NCBI RefSeq assembly: GCF_009914755.1
Contig: NC_060925.1
Strand: one strand, 5' to 3'
Length of the DNA: 64,000 nt
Origin: the human T2T-CHM13v2.0 reference genome, Homo sapiens
The notes under the pieces are model-generated. The model saw nothing but the letters and a program-made list of their open reading frames with translations, searched no databases and had not been told where the DNA came from. Below are positions 36,485-48,899 of this stretch, one piece after another (the first letter of the stretch is position 1; each line of letters opens with the position of its first letter). The position numbers and the translations under genes were made by a program.

Positions 36485-37503
36485 TGCCTTAGTCCTCCCA
36501 GAAGACAGAGCCTGAGGCAGAAACTCGTGTAATCACATTAATGAGAAGTTCAGACCCTTGGTAGCAAGATTGAGGGCAGTGGGGAGTGAGGCAGGGAGAG
36601 AAGGAGAGCAAACCAAAGGAACTGTAATGCTGAGCTTTGTTGACACACATTTTTGTAACAAGTGTAGCTGATGGCTTGGTCCCAGGTATATCTTCTTGCT
36701 TCAGGACCATCTGATATTGTTTGGCTGTGTTCCCACCAAAATCTCATCTTGAATTGTAGCTCCTATAATTCCTACATGTCATGGGACGGACTTGGTGGGA
36801 GGTAATTGAATCATGGGGGCAGTTACCCCCATGCTGCTGTTCACATGACAGTGAGTGAGTTCTAATGAGATCTGATGATTTTATAAGGGCTTTTCCCCTT
36901 TTTGCTCAGCAGTTCTCCTTGCTGGTGCCATGTGAGGAAGGACGTGTTTGCTTCCCCTCCTGTCATGATTGTAAGTTTCCTGAGGCCTCTCCAGCCATGA
37001 TGAACTGTGAGTCAATTAAACCTCTTTCCTTTATAAATTACCCAGTCTCAGGTATGTCTTTATTAGCAGCATGAAAATGGACTATGCCATTCATGCCGTA
37101 TCTGAATAGACCTGAAAATCTGGTGATGGGGGTGGGTTGTAGAGAGAATTTATCCTCAGATTTCCTTTCATCTCCTACAAAGGCTTGCCCCATGAAGCAT
37201 CAACTCTCCTGCATTCCTGGGTTTTGTCACCCACCCCTTCAGTGACTCTGAAGAAATCAGAAAACATGCCTTTTGGTGTAATTTTTTCTGGGTGCAGAAG
37301 TGAAGGAAGGATCCTGCGGACTTGGAGGTGGCCCCAGCCTGCAGAATTGCAGGGTCCCTGCAGCTGTGGCTGGGATGGAGCTCACCTGGGGAGTCAGTCC
37401 CTGTGGCAGCAGCTGGGGCAAAACAAGAGGTCAAGAGCACTAGTGATGGTGAGTGAGGCCCAGAGGACTTGAGGCTGTGCATAGGAGGTTCTGAGACGCT
37501 ACG
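36485..37503 (-). mobile_element. ERVL 5' LTR (LTR16-family-like) interrupted by THE1D
   Basis: tgccttagtcctcccagaagacagagcctgaggcag...ggggagtgaggcaggga; abuts the internal sequence. Confidence 0.65.
36712..37086 (+). mobile_element. THE1D solo LTR
   Basis: gttacccccatgctgctgttc, gtgtttgcttcccc, gtgagtcaattaaacctctttcctttataaattaccc; TSD ccatc/ccatt. Confidence 0.93.
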
Positions 37504-37504
37504 C

Positions 37505-38058
37505 CCTGTGAAACGAAAATCAGATTATGCCATTCAGAACTTTCATGATGTCTCGCCCCATACTGGCCCACAGACCTTGTCCTATCTGGGCCCTGCCACT
37601 CTCTGAGCTCTTCTCCTTCCTCTCCCACATGGTGAGCTTTATTCCAGCAGCACTGAAGGCCCTGCCTGTCCTCGGCCCATCCCAAGCCTCCTGCCCCAGG
37701 GCCTTGGCACCTGCTTTTCTCTGCTTGGAGGGCTCTTCCCCCCAATTCAGACTGCCTGTCTCCTTCATTTCCTTCAGGCCTCTCGTGAAATGTCACTTTG
37801 CCTATGAGGTCTTCTTTGTCCACCTTACGGAATTTCATCCCTGTCCCCACCCAGCTCTCTCTTTGCCCCGCCATATTGCTGTCCTGACATCCTGTGCATT
37901 TGTCAGCTGTTTCTTTTCTGTCTTCTCTGAACTAGAACGTAAGCTCCCTGAGGGCAGAGGCTTTTTCTGTTGGTTGCCTGCATCTATAGCAGGCATGGCA
38001 CATTGCTGGTGCTCCATCAATCATTGTTAAATGAACAAATGATTAAGTAAATGAATGA
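37505..38058 (+). mobile_element. LINE2 3' end
   Basis: aatcagattatgcca...actagaacgtaagctccctgagggcag...tggcaca...aatgaacaaatga. Confidence 0.85.
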
Positions 38059-39292
38059 CGGTGATGCAATCCCCGCTCCCCTAGCCATGACTGATTAGAC
38101 CCCTGGCCCAAGCTGGGCCAGCGAGATTGTCTCTCCAGGGAATTTGGAACTGGGCTTGAGAGCTGATGAGGCTCTGGAGGGGCAGAAATTCAGACCTGTG
38201 AATTCAGGGGTGGTGGGGTGGCACTTCACTCCACGCCAAGGTGGAAGGAGCTGGTCTGCAGGGAGAGGAGACTTGAGAGGCACTGCAGGGGATGGAGAGA
38301 GGCCAGCGCCAGCTCCATCCTCCCCCTGGGATCCAGGAGACACCCCAGGTCCTTATGATAAATTCCTCCTTTCTGCTTAAGCTAATGAGAATGGCCTTAT
38401 TTTTACTTGCAATTAAAGACTTAAATATCAACACTACCATTTACTGAGTGCCACTGTATCCATCAGGGGCTGTGCGGAGCCTTATCCTGCTTTGTGGAAC
38501 CTAAGCGGGTCACTTCCTGCAGTGCAGGCCACATGGGGCCCCTCAGTCAATTGCAGTACCTCGGTTAGCGCACAACCCTTGCCGAAGGAGCTCTGAGGCT
38601 GCCCTGAGGCCTTTTCCTGGCACCCAGGGGGTGGCCCAGCTGCCCCAGAGCCCGAGGCCTCTCCTCCTCACCCCAGCACATGGCACTCCCCAGCCCAGCT
38701 GTCACTACAGGCTCTCTGCTCCTTGCCACCTTGGTTCTGAGGCTCCAGGTCTCAGCAAGGCTCAGCCCTGGGCTTCGTCACTCCTGCTCTCCGACCCCTG
38801 CATCTGGCTCCTGTTCTCCCAGCCTCCTGAGCCCCACAGTCCCCTCCCTGCAGGCCTGATCCCAGAGTGTGGAATCTATTGTCCTCTTCCATCCCAGCCA
38901 GACCCCAGCCCAACCTGACAGATCCTCCATTAAAGATGCACATTTACACACAGCTGATTTACATAGAACACAAGGAAACCGCTCCATTTTCAGAAAAAAG
39001 AGACTCCTGGTCACTGGTCACTTGAAACAGTGTGGATCCAGGATGAGGGAGCCTCCTGCCCTTCCTGTGATTTTTTAGGCAACTGTGAAAGGGCCATCAG
39101 ACCAAGAGTAGGTGGCTGGGGGAGGAAAGCAGGTTGAACAAAAGGAAGAAATGAGGTGTTGGGCAGGCACATGCTATTTAGTTTCTGTATTTGCTTTTAG
39201 AGCAATTCTATTCCTTACTTACATATGCCCTTGTGAACCTTTAGGGTCTGTTTTTAAATTCTGCCAAGCCTCCCCAGCCCTGTTACTCCCAT

Positions 39293-39304
39293 CACACACA
39301 CACA

Positions 39305-39349
<45 letters not shown>
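39293..39349. repeat. (CA)n microsatellite with one interruption
   Basis: Direct read. Confidence 0.95.
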
Positions 39350-39354
<5 letters not shown>

Positions 39355-39399
39355 TTTTATTTCAAAGGTAAGCAGTCACGGGACAGAAAGGTAGGGTGT

Positions 39400-39600
39400 G
39401 CTGTAGAAGAGCTTTGGAGTCAAAAGCCCCATATTGACAAGGAATCCATTGGGGCTTCAGTTTCCCTACTAGTAAAATGGGGATAATAATATCAACTCTA
39501 TGGAGTGGTTTTGGGGATGGAGAGATGAAGTGTGTGCATGGTGTGCATGTAAGGTACTTTGTGCAGTGCTGGGTAGGTAAAGGATCTGCGAGTGGTAGTT
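39400..39600 (+). mobile_element. MIR SINE
   Basis: gcttcagtttccctactagtaaaatggggataataat. Confidence 0.7.
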
Positions 39601-40990
39601 ATTTAGGTTTAGGAAGCAAAAAAGTCAACCACGTGCCCCATACTGGCCTCCTCTCCCATCCTTCCAAGAGACTCTACCCTTTGATCTGACCCAGGCTCAG
39701 ACAGATACCCATCCCTAGCTGTGGGCAGAAGTCACAGGCCATTTGTTCCCCTGCTTTTATTGGTTCACATTCTTCCCTAGAAAGGGCCCTTCTCGTCTTG
39801 TTCTGTTCTTTGTCTATTAGGCCTCTTCTCCCCTCCACTCCCCCACCAAGAAGGTGACAAAATGTGGGTCCTAGGTGGGGTGGGGGCAGACAGGGTTGGG
39901 ACACAATGATGCAACAGCACTGAACATGTGCCACTATGACCCAGGTGTTATGCTAAGCTCTGCAGGTCAGCTATCTGATTTAATCACCCATTTTGTGCAT
40001 TCATGGCAGGCAATTCTGGCCGAGCCCCGAGAAGTTCTCAGAAACAGTGTGGTGATCTATTAGTGATGTCTGCTGTGGATGAAGCCATGGGAATATCATG
40101 ATTCCATTTGCCTTCTCAGCTGGGAGCAGTTGGGAACATGTAGGAAGGACTCTGAGCTCCAGCTGGAGCTCAGGTGGGCTTCCTGGGGAGGTGATCCCTA
40201 AGCAGACATCTGTAGAATAAGAGGATGGTAAGTTGAAGAAGGATGGGCAAGGTGCTCTGCACAGGGAAATAGCATGGGTGTCAGATATGAATCACTCTGT
40301 GGGCAGACAGGTATTACTGGGGCATAAAGCAGGAGGCAGGGAGAGATGGAAGATGAAGCAGGCAAGAAAAGCAATGAATGGTACATGTAAAGCAGTTAAA
40401 ATGAATAGTAAGTGCTCAATAAGCTGTAGCTGTCATATTATTATTGTTGTTGTTGTTACTGGAGAGTTCCAATAAATGTTTCTTGGCTGATAGGCAGAGG
40501 GCAAGGCCCATTAAGCACCTAGTGGATATTGCTCAGTAAATTCCTAGTTGACTTATTGGCAGCCTGATCAATAATCAATCGACTCTGGGGAAGTCCAGCC
40601 ATGGCAGGTGACAATATATCAGGATAAAGATATAAGTGGCAGTACAAATACCCTACCCCAAGTCCAAATTCAGGGAAACTTTGCATTTTACTTAGCCCCT
40701 CCTCTGGGGAAGTCCTCCTGGCTTGCTCCAAGCCTACCAGCAGTCTACTTATGTTAGCCTCTGAGTCTGGTGACTTCTCTTTGTGGCACAGCCATGGCCT
40801 CTTGTCCATGTCCTGGAGCTGTCCCCTTTCCCTTCCTAGCTGCAGAGGGAGAGCTCAGCCGGGACCCCTTCTGAGGTTGCTGTTTTCTGACCCCTCTGCT
40901 CACTCTCCCAGGGCCTTCTTTGTGACTCAGACCTTGAGCTTCCCCCACCAGAACTGGGGCAGACCCCGCCCTTCATTTTCTATACTGTGC

Positions 40991-41295
40991 TTATTTTGTT
41001 TTATTAGGACACAGGGTGTCGCTCTGTTACCCAGGCTGGAGTGCAGTGGCATGATCATAGCTCACTGTAACCTTGAACTCTTGGGCTCAAGCGATCCTCC
41101 CACCTCAGCTTCCTGAGTACCTAGGACTATAGATGCATACCACCACACCTGGCTAATTAAAAAAAATTTTTTTTTTGTAGAGATGGGGTCTTGCCGTGTT
41201 GCCCAGGCTGATCTCAAACTCCCAGCCTCAAGCAATCCTCCTGCCTCAGCCTTTCAAAGTGTTGGGATTACAGGCATTAGCCACTGCACCCAGCC
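40991..41295 (-). mobile_element. AluJ
   Basis: atcatagctcactg...gggctcaagcgatcctcccacctcagc. Confidence 0.95.
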
Positions 41296-41539
41296 TGCTT
41301 CCTTATTTTACAGGATGAAGGGAGGGTCTGTGCCACTCCCCTGACCCCAGGCTGTTCTGTACACAAGGAATTTCCATCCCCTTCCCTCCACCCTCAGGGT
41401 GCCCATCCCTGCTCCCACCCTCCCCTGCATCCCTCAGAGCCTAATTGAAGAGGCTCCGCCTGGCACAGAAAATGAAAGCTTTATCTTCCCAGTCCATCCT
41501 GAAGTGTGTTAAGATGATGGATGAGTTTCCAGACCTGAA

Positions 41540-41790
41540 TGCTCCTCCCAGTAGCATTAACAAAATTGCCTTTCAGGATCCCAACTTCCACGTCAAGATG
41601 GGCTGCGGTGGAGATGGGAGCCCCAAGCTTTGGCACTTGACGGTGAACATTAAAATCATTTTAATGCTGCATTTAGGATTTGTGTTCCCTGTGTATGAGC
41701 CAGTCCCATTGCTGGCACCGGAATAAGATGAATGATGTTTATTAAAAAGCTCTTTGGTACAGCCTGATTGACCATTAGGAACACTCAGCT
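41540..41790. promoter_or_regulatory. Candidate enhancer
   Basis: Repeat-free; palindrome CATTAAAAT-C-ATTTTAATG, TGATTGAC, TTTATTA. Confidence 0.35.
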
Positions 41791-42063
41791 CGGAGCAGGG
41801 TGCGTGGGCCCAGCTTCTGGGCCTGGATGGGACCCGTCAGAGATGCAGTCACTCTTAGCCCTATGGGGTCACAGCCAAGTTTTTTCCTTCAGGCCTCTCC
41901 CACCTCCCCCAGGCTATAATGTCAAGAGGTCAGAGATGAGTCATGGCTAAGAGAGTCCTGAGTTGGAATCTCACCTCTGAAACCAGGTTGCTGATGGAGC
42001 GGGGCAAACCCTTTCCCTGTTGGCCATCAGTATCCCCATCCATGAACTAAGGGAATGGCTAGC

Positions 42064-42531
42064 TGTTATGGGTTAAATCGTGTCCCCCTAAAATTCATAT
42101 GTTGAAGTCCAACCTCTCTCCCCATCTCAGAGAGGTAAATAGGGTCTTACAGAGGCAATCAAGTTAAAATGAGGTCATTAGGGTGGGCCGTAATCCAGTG
42201 TAATTGGCGTCCTTATAAAAGGGGGAAATTTGGAGATAGACACGCATACCCTGTACACACACGCCACATGGAGAACCGTACGTGAAGATAAAGGCAGGGA
42301 TTGTGGTGATGTGTCTACAAGCCAAGGATTACCAAAGATTGCCAGCAAACCACCCAAAGCTAGGAAAGGGGTGAGGAACGGAGTCTTCCTCACAGCCCTC
42401 AGAAGGAACCAACGCTGGCAGTGCCTTGATCTCAAGTTTCCAGCCTGCAGAACCGTGAGACCCTTTGTTTCTGTTGTTTAAGCCACTCAGTTTGTGGTGC
42501 TTTGTTAAGGCAGTCCCAGGAAATGAAAATG
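42064..42531 (+). mobile_element. MLT1C-like solo LTR
   Basis: tgttatgggttaaatcgtgtcccc...aagttaaaatgaggtcattagggtgggcc...ccctcagaaggaaccaac; TSD ctagc on both sides. Confidence 0.9.
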
Positions 42532-43129
42532 CTAGCTGGAGCCCCGCCCACTCGGACACTCCCTGAGGCTATGACGCTAGGATTCAGCCTGAGAGACCAG
42601 GTGGAATGAGTGAATCTGTTCTCTGCTGCTCCAGGAAAACTTGGAGGGTGGAAGCCAAGCAGGTAGGACCTTGGAGCTGAAGCCAGTGGCTGTCTTTGTT
42701 CCCAAACCACAATGGTTAAAAAGGCCCAGGAGCCCAGGAGGAACTGCTGGTCCTTTGGGGACAGTTGGGTGGAGGAGGGGGCTGGTCCCAAGTATATGAG
42801 TCCAGGCGGAGCTCTGGTGCTGGGTTGAGGGCCACTCATGACTCCGGGTCGAGGGGTCTTGAACCCCCACCTGGAAACCTGGAGCAGGAAGCAGGGATGT
42901 CTGCCTCTGGGCACATGAGAGAAGATGCACGTGTTGAGCCAATCTCAGCTTCTAGACTCTCCCAGGTCAGCTTGCTTTTCTCCCAAATGAAAGTGTTTTT
43001 CATTGCGTGGAAATGAATCCACTTAGTGTGTGTTATAGGAAAAGGAGACATTAGTGTGCGTTATAGAAAAATAAAGTTAAAATTTATGCACACCTGAGTT
43101 TGTGGCCTGAAACAGACCCATTAGTACTG

Positions 43130-43320
43130 ACTGAGCAACCAGCATAGCCAGACACTTTCACTGCATTCTCTTCATCCTACTGACAACTCTATTTTTGTGC
43201 ATATTACTGTCTCCATTTTACAGAGGAGGAAACTGAGACACGGGGAAGTGATGCGTGACTCACAGTCACATAGTAAGCTTGGATTCGAACTCAAGGAGTC
43301 TGACCTCCTCACCCCCAGCC
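43130..43320 (-). mobile_element. MIR SINE
   Basis: ctccattttacagaggaggaaactgag...ggattcgaactcaagg. Confidence 0.75.
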
Positions 43321-43739
43321 CAGGCTGGGCCTGGCACCCAGTGACACAGAATCTTCTCATGAGAGGCTAAACCCTGGGAGAAGTGGAAAGAGCTGAGGAC
43401 CACAGGGCAATTGACGAAGAACGAGGAGCAATCCGGAGGCTGTGGAGGGTTAGAAACACTTGTGCTGGCTGTGAGATGTTGGTCGGGGGAGGACTGGTGG
43501 GCCATGGGCCGTGTTTATCTGTGGGGCCACCCTGTTTACCTGGTGGCTGAGCAGGGAGCATATCCTCTTTTGTTCCTGGGAGGTGGCTTGTGTGGGGACT
43601 GAAGATGAATCGGCCCAGGCGGGCAACTTCCCCGCTACCGCCCCTCCCCCGCACGGCAGGTAGCATCAGGTGTATTTGGCAAAGCCTCGTGCATGGGGAA
43701 GGCCAATCAGCCTGAGTGAGCTGGGCTGTGCTGAAGCTG

Positions 43740-44090
43740 GGGATTGCTGGGGATTGCTCTTGCAATCAGGGCATTTCACACAGCAAATTGTGGTCATTTA
43801 GGCCTCTCTCCGGCAAGCTTAATTTCAGGCCCAAGCACAGAGGCTATTCAGAGACACAATGAGGTAATTTCACATTTTAAAGCAGAGAATGCAGCGTAAA
43901 TTAGTAGAAAAAATCATGACACTTATAAACCCGTTCTAAAGATGTATTGTTCCCTTCTCTTCTGGGAGAAAAAAAATCAGCTTCTATTAAGATTGAATTA
44001 ACCACTGGAGGAGAATTCCTCAGACGGCCCATTCATAAGGAGAAATCTATTTTAAACTTGGTGGAAAGGCTTTTGCGGCAAGTGTTAGGA
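43740..44090. promoter_or_regulatory. Candidate conserved non-coding block
   Basis: Repeat-free AT-rich island with TAATT/TAAATTA/GAATTAA, TGTGGT and TATTGTT motifs. Confidence 0.35.
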
Positions 44091-44229
44091 AGAGAGTTCC
44101 TGAGAAGATGCAGGTGCTCTCGCAGCAGTCCCTGCACCTGGGCAGGGGGGAGCAGGGCGCTCAGGCCTGCGCCCTCTCATGCCCACCCCAGGTTGGCCCC
44201 CTTTGGGTACAGCCTTGAGTAGTGTAAAT

Positions 44230-44560
44230 GCTGAGGTCAGATGCCCCCCAGACAGTAACTTAAGTACAAATCGTTTATTTGGGAGTGAGGGAGGGGAGTG
44301 GGGAAGTGAGATGTCAGGGCTGGGGGACTAGGGGAGCAGTAAAGAGTCCTGCATCAAGTCAGCCACCCCTGTGGGTAACTGGAGGCAGAGGAGACCATGC
44401 TCCTTAGAGTTAGCCTCCATGAGGGCTGGGAAGCTGGGCTGTTTATCACGCCCAATCCTAAAAGTCATCATGGAGGGCTGCTCCATCAATGTATTGGTTT
44501 TAATTTCTTGGCTTTTCTCATCTTTACCCTGAAGGTGGCAAAGTGGGCTCCAGCAGCCAG
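44230..44560 (-). mobile_element. LTR16-like fragment
   Basis: gtttatttgggag...ggggagtggggaagtgaga...ctgtgggtaactggag. Confidence 0.5.
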
Positions 44561-44631
44561 AGATAGCCCTCGGCAAGGCTGTGGGGAGCCAGGCAGGTAA
44601 GGCCTGGAGTGGTCAGCATGATGGGATCTAG

Positions 44632-45011
<380 letters not shown>

Positions 45012-46099
45012 ATCTAGCTCTTCTTTTATTCCAGACAGGCAGGTGCCATGTCAGCTTTCTGTGTCACAGAAGGAGCCATGCCAAAGGGATAAGTCCTGTG
45101 TTCTAGTACCAGTTCTTTGCCTGGCAAATTGTCAACCTGAGCTCCTCCTGCCTTCTCTCTGGGTCACAATATCCCCAGGTATTTTGGGATGCCCGTCAAA
45201 GCTTTTCCTTGTTCTGAAATAATGGCTTATATGGCAGGGGGAAGGTGACAATGTCAGTCTGATTCCATCACCTCTCCCAGCACCCAGATCTGGCTGTTGG
45301 GCCTAGTAGACCAGTGACACTTTGCTGAATGGAGCTGGACTGTGGGGCTGCAAGGCAGAGCTCTGGCCAGACAGACTGACCACCTCCTAATCTCCTGAGC
45401 CAGAGAGAAGCCATGGATACCACACCCATGGAGTGGCCCTACTGGCCCTGGATGTGCCCAGGCTGGGAGCCGGAATGTACTGAGGAGAGATGGCCCCAGG
45501 CCATGGCCCAAACTTGGGGTCCAGGACATCAGGATCCCTTTTTACTTTTAAAATGACATCCACTTTAAGGCAAATCCATCTGAGAACTGGTGAATTGACT
45601 CCACATGGCAAACATCTGAGCGTGAGACTAAACTCTGGGCTGTTTCCTCACTTTGGAGTATTCCCTGCCTCCGTTTTATCATTTAAGTTAAAATAAGACT
45701 TTTTAATCCACTGAACTTTTCATGCCAGAATATCCCTTGACTTTCCATGCCCACCTCCTTCTCTATGATGTTTCCAGTTCATTTTTTTCAGAGAAATCAA
45801 TTTCAATGTTGATCAAAAGGCTTTTTCAGAGATGCAGGTGACAGAGCCCACGAATTCAGTTCTCAAGGAAACACAGGGCCCTGGAGCTTGTCCCCCCACC
45901 TAAAAGTGGGGTGAAGAGGCTGCCAGCTGTCCAGTGGGTGGATTTCTCCCCAACACCACCTGCGCCATCCATCCCCCCAGGCTGGCAGCCTCTCGGGGGC
46001 CTCATCCAGCCCCAAATGGTGGTGCCTCCAGCCCCCTTGACAGCCAGTGGTGGCGAAATGGCTGCTTCAAGAGTTCAGCTTTCTACAAAGACAGAAATA

Positions 46100-46580
46100 A
46101 TCAGGTTGACCAAAGGGGAAAAAAGGGAAAATTGAGCATTATGAGGGTGATAATTCAGAAAGTGTCAGCCTCAGAATAATTGAATCCGATGACATTTTGT
46201 GCTACAGGAAACAATAGCAGCTAGCCGGCTGCCCGTCTGATTCATGTCTGGTTCATGTTTAACAAAACAAGGGCAAGGGTCACGCAGCCACGAGCCCCAT
46301 AAATAACCCGTTAATGGGATTTCCAAACAAGCTGTCCTCAAAGTGGCTTTCCGTCTCACTGAGAGAATATTAAAATGCAAATGGATTCGGGCTGTGTCTT
46401 CATAAACAACCGTGTTCATTTAACCTCCGACCTCCCCGCTTAACTGCCCATTCTAGCAATTTGTACGGGCTCCTCGGCCACAGGCTCCTGCGGTAATTCA
46501 GGGAAAGTGCATTAAAGGAAAGGGTTACAATTTGCAATGCTCAGTTAATCATGCTATTGAGATGTTTATGGACAGAATCG
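46100..46580. promoter_or_regulatory. Candidate conserved enhancer
   Basis: 14 CpG in 46141-46500; octamer ATGCAAAT at 46375, AACAAT, CCATAAA/TTTATGG, ATAAACA. Confidence 0.5.
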
Positions 46581-48596
46581 TGCTCCTCCTCACACTTGTC
46601 TCAGCCCTTGTGTCCTACCCCCGCCCCCACCAACCCAAACGTGGCTGATTGGTTCCTTTTGTTGAATCTGGTGCGGTGAGGTGGGTAGGCTGTCTTCCCA
46701 GCTGACAGGGGTCCCCTCTGGCCTCCGGTCACCAGCCTGCTTTTCCTTGGCTGCTATTCTGCTTGGGGTCTGGCCAGAGACCCTCAGTTAAATGCGGATG
46801 GTCTCAAGGCTTGTTCTCCTTTGTGAAATGGCCCAGGCTTGCCCTGGGAAGCCGCCCGTCACTTGGTTTCTTCCCAGGAGCCCATTTCTGTTCTCTCCAG
46901 AGCTGCCCTGACCCAGCCCTGGCATTGGCCTGGCAGCTCTTTGACCAGCTCCGTGAGAAGCAGCTCAAGTGGATGTTTCCTCTCTGGGCCCTGGGCATGC
47001 CTCCTGAGCCTTGACCCTCCATCAATCTGGCCGTGTGGAAAGATAAGACTTGCACAAAGAGAGTAAGGGTGATGTGAGCCAGGGGTCAGGATTTGAGGTC
47101 TGATACCCTGGCACATTTCTAGAGAGGAGACAGGCACTATGTTGGAGGAAGTGCTACATGATCTCCTCCGTTGCCTGGACAGATCACACGGGCACTGCCC
47201 TCTTCAGTTTACAGAAGGCTTTTTCACATAGATGATTTTAGCAGATCCACTCAAGTCTGGCACCTGGCACCTGGTTGGGGTTCAATCTTAGAGATGAAGA
47301 AAGCTAAACTCAGAGAGGCTAAGTGACCTGTCTCGGGTCACCCAGTGATTGGAAGGTGGGGTGGGCCTGCAGACTTGGCCTCACTCTGAGGCACAGTTTT
47401 TCCGTATGTCTGGGAGAGGTCCCAATGTTCCGTGGCTTCTCTCTGAGGGGCAAAGGGAGTCTGTGAGAGCCTGGACTAGAGTCTTTATCCTCTCTTGGGC
47501 AGGAGGAGAACTGAGGAGGTAAAGCCGTGCCGGGGAGGACATGTGGGAATGGGGGCAGGTATCCGTGTCACTGGCCCCAGTTGGAGTCGATAGCCTCCCT
47601 GTTCCGAATGGGGCTGCCCAGTTCTAGTTGGATTTTTGTGTTGTTCTTTGAGGCAAGCATTTCTGTCCTTTAGCTTTTTCTTCCCGTTTCTTTATAAGGA
47701 AGGGCAGGGGAATGAATCTACGATGATGTCTCCAGTTCGCTAATGCAGACATGGACCTCTGGGGACCACCAAAATGAGAAATATCCAACTCCGCCTTGCT
47801 CTCCTGCTTGATAAACTCAAATAGACTTCCAGTTATAAATCTGTCTCAGGATGTGTAAAGGCTGGAACTGCAGAGACCAGCCCGTTAAGGAGCTCGGCTG
47901 GGGCTATGGCCACTGGGCTTCTTGGGCCTGGCCTGTGTGGAGGTCGCCCTCCCTCACGCTTCCTCCATCCCACCCCATCCTCTTCTCTATTTCTTTTTTT
48001 TATTTTTCTCTTCTCTGCCTCTCTCCCTCAGGCTCAGTACCTCCAGGGGTGGCAGAGAGAGTGGAGGGAGGGGGTCCCACGAGGGCCAGGGAGCCTAGGG
48101 TCCTGCGGAGATCACCCGCACCTGCCCACATCTCCTGTCGGGTTTCTCTGCCACACTTTCCTTGGATGGATGGAATTTCTGTCTTTCTCTTCCCCTCCCC
48201 ATTTTGTTTCTGTTTCTGCTTCTCTGTGTTCTCATCGTGTCTCTGAGATGCTCTCTTGGTTTGTACCTCTTTCTCTTTCTGTTTTCTCTGTTTTGTGGGT
48301 CTTTCCCGTCCCTCCATGTCTGTCTCTCTCTGCCTCCCCCTCTCTGCCTCCCCCTGCCCCTCTCCAGTGAGGCTTCCTGGGTTCCGGCCAGGCGAGTTCC
48401 CCTGACAGCTCTGTGCTGGCTTCTTTGTCTCCAGCTCACCCCATTCTCCACTCTCCTCTCACAGCGATTTATATAAAATGCAAATTGGACCATGTCTTTC
48501 CCTGGCTTAAAATCCTTCAAGGCTCCCCACCAGACCCTGGCGGGTTTCCTCCCCACCTCTCCAGGATCATCCCTTGTCACCCTCTGGGCTCCGCTC

Positions 48597-48601
<5 letters not shown>

Positions 48602-48628
<27 letters not shown>

Positions 48629-48770
48629 TTCTCTTTCTCTACACACATATATGCGCACACACACACACACGATGAGCATCTGGAGGGAGAGACACATACA
48701 GAGACATACAGACGAGGGAGATAGGGAGAGAGAGAAGTGAGACAGAGAGAGAAAGAGACAGAGAGACAGG
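48602..48770. repeat. (TG)13, (CA)n and (GA)n simple-repeat cluster
   Basis: Direct read. Confidence 0.9.
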
Positions 48771-48899
48771 AGGAGATCTTATGCTAGAAGAGAAATGGGT
48801 CCTTCAGTCCTCAGCTCTCCAGGTCAGCCTTCCATGGTGGCAAGGCCAGGTCATGTGTGCAGAGGACTTTCTACCTACCCACATCATCTGACACTGAAT

